Source: an uncultured Dokdonella sp. | GTDB lineage: Bacteria; Pseudomonadota; Gammaproteobacteria; Xanthomonadales; Rhodanobacteraceae | Assembly (NCBI GenBank): GCA_964390215.1 | Contig: CAYMHF010000006.1 | Location: forward strand, 2,509-66,508 | Direction of reading: 5' to 3' | Length of the DNA: 64,000 nucleotides | Part shown: positions 59,175 to 64,000 of the stretch, piece after piece | Layout: every line of letters starts with the position of its first letter | Position numbering within the stretch: position 1 is the stretch's first letter | The notes under the pieces: generated by a model | Databases searched by the model: none | What the model was told of the DNA's origin: nothing | What the model saw: only the letters and a program-made list of their open reading frames with translations | Program-made: the position numbers and the translations under genes

Positions 59175-59510
59175 TCACAGCACCGCGATCGCGAGCTCGC
59201 GGTCGATTGCGCGCACCTGGCGGCAATCCGCGCTGCCCATGCCGAAGTCGCGACATACCTGTGGGCGCAGCACGTAGATCGTGCAGCGCATCGTCTCGCG
59301 ATCCAGCGCAGTGCACCACCCGTCATCAAGTCGACGCATGACTTCCATGCCGTGTTCATCCTGGTCGATCAGGTAATCGGGGGTCGGATCGTCGGCCATC
59401 ACGTACACGGTCAATCGGCAGCACGTCGCTTCACAGTGACTGCACTGGATTGACGGATCAATATCCGCAACATTGGCGTCGATCGGGGATTGCGCGGCGG
59501 GAATGTTCAT
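59175..59510 (-). CDS. YkgJ-family cysteine-cluster protein
   Basis: CSHCEATCC, GWCTALD, CTIYVLRPQVCRDF. Confidence 0.88.
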   Translation of the reverse strand: MNIPAAQSPIDANVADIDPSIQCSHCEATCCRLTVYVMADDPTPDYLIDQDEHGMEVMRRLDDGWCTALDRETMRCTIYVLRPQVCRDFGMGSADCRQVRAIDRELAIAVL

Positions 59511-59777
59511 GGATTGACGGCAAGTTCCTGCGGCGGAAGGATCATGCTTGCTAGAATCACCCGGGCGGATCGGCATGAAAGATCCGACGGCACGGCGCAG
59601 GCCGATCCCGGTTGGATACGGAATCACAGTCTAGCGCGTCGCCAATTCCGGATTTCCGCGTGAGCCGGAATCTGCGCATTCGCTGCATCCCAGTCATGGC
59701 CGTTGGACGAATACGCGAACGTATTCGCTCGACGTCGACGACTCCTGACCAACCCCAACATTTCGCTGGCGAACCTC

Positions 59778-61664
59778 ATGGCCTTGATTGAATTGCGCAA
59801 ACTCGACTACAGCATTGGCGGGCCCTTGTTGCTCGATGATGTCGAATTTGCGCTGGAACCGCGCGAGAGAGTTTGCGTGGTCGGACGCAATGGCGCCGGC
59901 AAGTCGACCTTGCTCAAGCTGATCGACCGCGAAATTCGCCCGGACGACGGCGAGGTACGCGTATCTCCGGGTGTCGTCGTCACACGTCTGGCCCAGGAGG
60001 TGCCGCAGGGCACGGCAGGCACGATCTTCGATGTGGTCGCCGAGGCGCTTGGCGATATCGGCAAGCTGCTTGCCCAGTACCATCACCTGATCCATCACCT
60101 TGTCGACGACAGCGACATGCGCGTGTTGGCCGAGGTGCAGGCGCGCATCGAGACCGCCAATGGCTGGGATCTCGATCGCCGCGTCACCCAGGTTCTGAGC
60201 AAGCTCGAATTGCCGGAGGATGAGGAATTTTCGGCGCAATCGGGCGGCATGAAGCGCCGCGTCCTGCTCGCCCAGTCGCTCGTGCTTGAACCTGATGTGT
60301 TGCTGCTCGACGAGCCGACCAATCATCTCGACATCGAGGCGATCGCCTGGCTTGAGGAGTTCCTGAAGAACTTCGCTGGCAGCGTGATCTTTATCACTCA
60401 TGACCGGCGCTTCGTGCGCTCGCTGGCCACGCGCATCATCGAGATCGACCGCGGCAAGCTGACCAGCTGGCCAGGCGACTACGAGAATTACCTTCGCCGA
60501 CGCGAAGAACGCCTGCATGCCGAGACCCAGGCGAACGCGTTGTTCGACAAGAAGCTCGCCCAGGAGGAAGTCTGGATTCGCCAGGGCATCAAGGCGCGCC
60601 GGACTCGCGACGAAGGCCGCGTGCGTCGACTCGAAGCCATGCGCCGCGAACGCAGTGAACGCAGGAACCAGGCCGGCAACGTGCGCATGCAGGCCGGCGG
60701 TGCGCAGAACTCCGGACGCAAGGTCATCGAGGCCAGGGAAATCTCGTATTCAATTCCGGGGCGTACCTTGATCGCAAACTTCTCGACCACGATCATGCGT
60801 GGCGATCGCATCGGCCTGATCGGCCCGAATGGCTCGGGCAAGACGACCTTGATCCGCCTGCTCCTCGGCGATCTGCAGCCTGATGCGGGCGAGGTGCGCA
60901 TTGGCACCCAGCTCGAAATCGCCTACTTCGACCAGCATCGAACGCAATTGCGTGAGGACATGAGCGCACTCGACAACGTTGCCGATGGGCGCGAATTCAT
61001 CGAGATCAACGGCTCGCGCAAGCATGCGATCGGCTATCTGCAGGATTTCCTGTTTACTCCGGAACGCGCGCGTGCGCCGATTTCCGCCTTGTCAGGTGGC
61101 GAACGCAACCGCCTGCTGCTCGCGCGCTTGTTTGCCAAGCCATCCAATCTGCTGGTCATGGATGAGCCGACCAATGATCTTGATGTCGAGACGCTGGAGC
61201 TGCTGGAAGAACTGCTGGTCGATTACCCGGGCACCTTGTTGCTGGTCTCGCATGATCGCGAGTTCCTCGACAATGTCGTCACCAGCACACTCGCGCTGGA
61301 GGGCGAGGGCAGGGTTGGTGAATATGTGGGCGGCTATGCCGAGTGGCTGCGCCAGCGACCGCAGGCGATGTCAATGCGGACACGCAATGAAGCGGCGGCT
61401 GAAAAGGCCGAACCGTTGGCGCCGGTGCCGGTCAAACGCAAACTGGCCTACAAGGAAATGCGCGAGCTGGAAAGCCTGCCCGCCGTGATCGAAACCTTGG
61501 AAAAGCGCATTGCTGAACTGACTGCCGCGATGAATGATTCGGCCTTCTTCAAGCAGTCAGCCGATGCCATCGTCCGAGCCAACGAGACGATGGCCAAGAC
61601 CCAGGCCGAACTCGACGTCGCCTATGCACGCTGGCAGGAGCTCGAGGCGACGGCGACGAATTAG
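59778..61664 (+). CDS. uup: ABC-F ATPase Uup
   Basis: GRNGAGKST and GPNGSGKTT; QEEVWIRQGIKARRTR; C-terminal coiled coil. Confidence 0.95.
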   Translation: MALIELRKLDYSIGGPLLLDDVEFALEPRERVCVVGRNGAGKSTLLKLIDREIRPDDGEVRVSPGVVVTRLAQEVPQGTAGTIFDVVAEALGDIGKLLAQYHHLIHHLVDDSDMRVLAEVQARIETANGWDLDRRVTQVLSKLELPEDEEFSAQSGGMKRRVLLAQSLVLEPDVLLLDEPTNHLDIEAIAWLEEFLKNFAGSVIFITHDRRFVRSLATRIIEIDRGKLTSWPGDYENYLRRREERLHAETQANALFDKKLAQEEVWIRQGIKARRTRDEGRVRRLEAMRRERSERRNQAGNVRMQAGGAQNSGRKVIEAREISYSIPGRTLIANFSTTIMRGDRIGLIGPNGSGKTTLIRLLLGDLQPDAGEVRIGTQLEIAYFDQHRTQLREDMSALDNVADGREFIEINGSRKHAIGYLQDFLFTPERARAPISALSGGERNRLLLARLFAKPSNLLVMDEPTNDLDVETLELLEELLVDYPGTLLLVSHDREFLDNVVTSTLALEGEGRVGEYVGGYAEWLRQRPQAMSMRTRNEAAAEKAEPLAPVPVKRKLAYKEMRELESLPAVIETLEKRIAELTAAMNDSAFFKQSADAIVRANETMAKTQAELDVAYARWQELEATATN

Positions 61665-61817
61665 GGCCGGGAATGCCGTCAATGTGACGCGCTGACGTGC
61701 TCCGCAGCGGCAGCGTCCACGCCCTCGCAGGAGCTCCGTTGCGGGAGCGAGGCTCTTGCCCGGAATTGCGCAGCAGGGCATCGGGCATCATGGCGCTTCC
61801 TGCGACTCCTTCAGCGA

Positions 61818-62126
61818 TCAGGGCATGGCCGCCCAGTGCTGGTATTCGCGCTTCGAGATGCGGCCATCGCGGTTGCTGTCGGCCATGCGGAAATCATTGG
61901 CCAGCAATTTGTAGCCGGCGGCCTCGGTGCTGTCGATGAAACCATCCCCGTTGCTGTCAAGTTGGGCAAATTCCGGGGCGGGGCCAGAAGGCGTGTATCC
62001 GGTACCGGCACTTCGAATGATCAGCAGGCCATCGGCACTGCGGTATTCGCTTGCCGATTGCGCCATGACGGCTGTGCCGCAGACGGTCAGTGAGGCCAGG
62101 GTCAGACTCGCAAGGATCTTGTTCAT
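61818..62126 (-). CDS. Exported EF-hand protein
   Basis: Signal peptide; DSNGDGFIDSTE and DSNRDGRISKRE. Confidence 0.85.
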   Translation of the reverse strand: MNKILASLTLASLTVCGTAVMAQSASEYRSADGLLIIRSAGTGYTPSGPAPEFAQLDSNGDGFIDSTEAAGYKLLANDFRMADSNRDGRISKREYQHWAAMP

Positions 62127-62236
62127 GGGAGCCACTCCATCGGTTTTGAACAGGCGATTTTCACCCGCTCGCATTAACCCTGCCCGAATAGGGACTTGCT
62201 GTAGGCTATGCAACAACCAAGCGAATCGGGACTCCC

Positions 62237-62719
62237 ATGCCTACAGCCTACGATTTTTCCGCGCGCGATATCGACGGCAAGGAACAGGCGTTGTCGAAAT
62301 ACAAAGGCAAGGCCTTGCTGATCGTGAATGTCGCATCGAAGTGTGGATTCACGCCGCAGTACGCTGGCCTCGAAGCCTTGCACAAGGAATTTCACACCAA
62401 GGGCTTCGAGGTGCTTGGTTTTCCGTGCGACCAGTTCGGTCACCAGGAGCCGGGCGATGAAGCCGAGATCAAGAATTTCTGCTCACTGACCTATGACGTC
62501 ACGTTTCCGATGTTCGCCAAGATCGATGTCAATGGAAGCGACACGCATCCGCTCTACGTTTGGCTGAAGAAGGAAAAACCCGGCCTGCTCGGGATTGGCG
62601 CGATCAAATGGAATTTCACCAAATTCCTGGTAGATCGCGAGGGCAACGTGATCAAGCGCTATGCGCCGACCGACACGCCCGAGGCGATCGGCAAGGACGT
62701 GGCCAAACTGCTCGGTTGA
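62237..62719 (+). CDS. Glutathione peroxidase (Cys type)
   Basis: VNVASKCG, GFPCDQFG, KWNFTKFL. Confidence 0.96.
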   Translation: MPTAYDFSARDIDGKEQALSKYKGKALLIVNVASKCGFTPQYAGLEALHKEFHTKGFEVLGFPCDQFGHQEPGDEAEIKNFCSLTYDVTFPMFAKIDVNGSDTHPLYVWLKKEKPGLLGIGAIKWNFTKFLVDREGNVIKRYAPTDTPEAIGKDVAKLLG

Positions 62720-62736
62720 TCATTCGCTGGATCGAC

Positions 62737-64000
62737 TCAGGGTTTGGCTGAGACTGTCGGCGAGAACGGCAAAGGCACGCTCGCCGGAAGGCCCCGGCTC
62801 CACTTTTCGAGTTTGGCCTCGATGCTGCGCGAGCTTGCCATCTGGGGCTCGGATTGTTGCTCCTCGTGATCGCGCGCCTCCCATTCCGCCACCTTGTCGC
62901 GGGCAAGGGCGAAAGCGTCGGGAATCGAGGTGGTCTGGTTCAACGCTTCGGTCAGGAATGCCTTGCCAAAGTAGGTGATCTCCGATTCTGATCCGCATCC
63001 GAACGAAGTACGGTCACTGCGCGCCGCGGTGATGATCAGGGTCGAATCGTCGCGCAATGCATCGATGAATCCGCCTGAATAGCAGGCGTTTACGATGAGC
63101 ACCTTCCAGCGCACTGATGGCGTCGTGCGCAGTGCTTCAGCCAGATCCTCGGGTGCGATCTGATTGAGTGGCAACGGATCGAGCGCTACATACAGTTCGT
63201 GATCTTTCGATCCATGCGAGGTCAGATAGACCAGCAAGATGTCTTCAGATGGATTCATCTGCTCGGCGATTGCAGCCAGCGCGATGCGCAGATTCGTCAG
63301 CGTCGCCAGTGGCCGCATCTCAACGCTGGCCGGATTATTTTCGAGGACGAGGATATGCCCGCTGGCACCGAAGCGTTGCGCAAACAACTGCGCGGCATAT
63401 TCGACTTCATTGCGGAACACGTTTTCACCGCCGTCGCCAGCGAACGCGACCACATACAGATTGACCTTGTCTGGCGTACGCGGCTGCAGCGCGTTGATCG
63501 CCGAGCCGAGCAACTGCGGCTGATCGAACATGAGCTGTTCGGGATCGAAGCTGAGGCCCTCGTCCGCGATTTCGGCATCGAATCCGGTTTCGACGATCGC
63601 GTCGTTGTTGCTGGCATCGGTCGCGCTGCGGGCCTTGGCGACTTGATCATGCATGATCAGGGGCGCGCCAGGAATCCACCACCACGGCATTGCCGAGACG
63701 GCGAAAGCCAGCACGGCAGCAAGCAGGTTCATCGGTAGACGACGTGGCAGCAACCAGCGCGCAAGCGCAAACAGCACGAGCAACCACCACAGCTCGGAAA
63801 GCCAGGTCAACACCAGCGCTGGCCAACTGTGCCCCGCGTGGATCAACCACAACGCGGCGAATTGCAGGGGCCAGTGAACAAGCAATGCCGTTGTCGCCGT
63901 GGCCGCCAGGGCGATCGCGGCGACTGCCCAGCTGATGCCCGATCGCCCGGCCAGGCGTACCAGCAACCAGGCCGCAATCAGGGTCAGGCAGGCGTCGGCG
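62737..64000 (-). CDS. Peptidase C13 (legumain-like) membrane protein, 5' end beyond window
   Basis: LTSHGS, NACYSGGF, DRTSFGC; N-terminal TM segments; frame open to the window edge. Confidence 0.88.
   Translation of the reverse strand, partial: ADACLTLIAAWLLVRLAGRSGISWAVAAIALAATATTALLVHWPLQFAALWLIHAGHSWPALVLTWLSELWWLLVLFALARWLLPRRLPMNLLAAVLAFAVSAMPWWWIPGAPLIMHDQVAKARSATDASNNDAIVETGFDAEIADEGLSFDPEQLMFDQPQLLGSAINALQPRTPDKVNLYVVAFAGDGGENVFRNEVEYAAQLFAQRFGASGHILVLENNPASVEMRPLATLTNLRIALAAIAEQMNPSEDILLVYLTSHGSKDHELYVALDPLPLNQIAPEDLAEALRTTPSVRWKVLIVNACYSGGFIDALRDDSTLIITAARSDRTSFGCGSESEITYFGKAFLTEALNQTTSIPDAFALARDKVAEWEARDHEEQQSEPQMASSRSIEAKLEKWSRGLPASVPLPFSPTVSAKP

Noticed and set aside
62237..62719. 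Selenocysteine recoding in glutathione peroxidase
   Set aside because: The active-site codon is TGT (Cys) and the ORF is uninterrupted.
62737..64000. C13 peptidase as the transamidase for the GF[DE] tail
   Set aside because: Attractive because GPI transamidases are C13 enzymes, but there is no linkage evidence and the gene sits among core genes.

Overview
A GC-rich proteobacterial chromosome segment. Gene content, GTAG-type REPs and C-terminal 'IFxxGFE'-like tails suggest Xanthomonadales/Rhodanobacteraceae (inference). Layout: (i) 1-8.8 kb, an accessory stretch of unrelated genes (diguanylate cyclase, exported hypotheticals, SPFH/zinc-ribbon operon) whose spacers share repeated blocks and GGGGWSAS-like junction motifs, resembling a cassette array; (ii) 8.8-24 kb, mixed genes including an orphan U32-like protein behind an FNR box, lldD, a MITE, a TonB receptor with an exported phosphatase, and a di-haem peroxidase; (iii) 24-47 kb, an anaerobic respiration block (Fur-boxed FmdE-like gene, moeA, narK-narGHJI-PPIase-narK, NifU-like/SQR-like/DUF1641, pdxK, a pseudogene, FNR-boxed nadA-nadB, an uncharacterised FNR-boxed operon) ending at tRNA-Arg(CCT); (iv) 47-64 kb, mostly core genes (azurin, liuB, thiolase, ycaQ, uup, glutathione peroxidase). 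Best leads: the FNR-controlled solo U32-like Fe-S protein, the junction-repeat cassette array, FNR-controlled nadAB as an O2-independent NAD route, and the shared C-terminal GF[DE] tail. Family assignments come from motif recognition only; no searches were run. Start codons were adjusted by eye.
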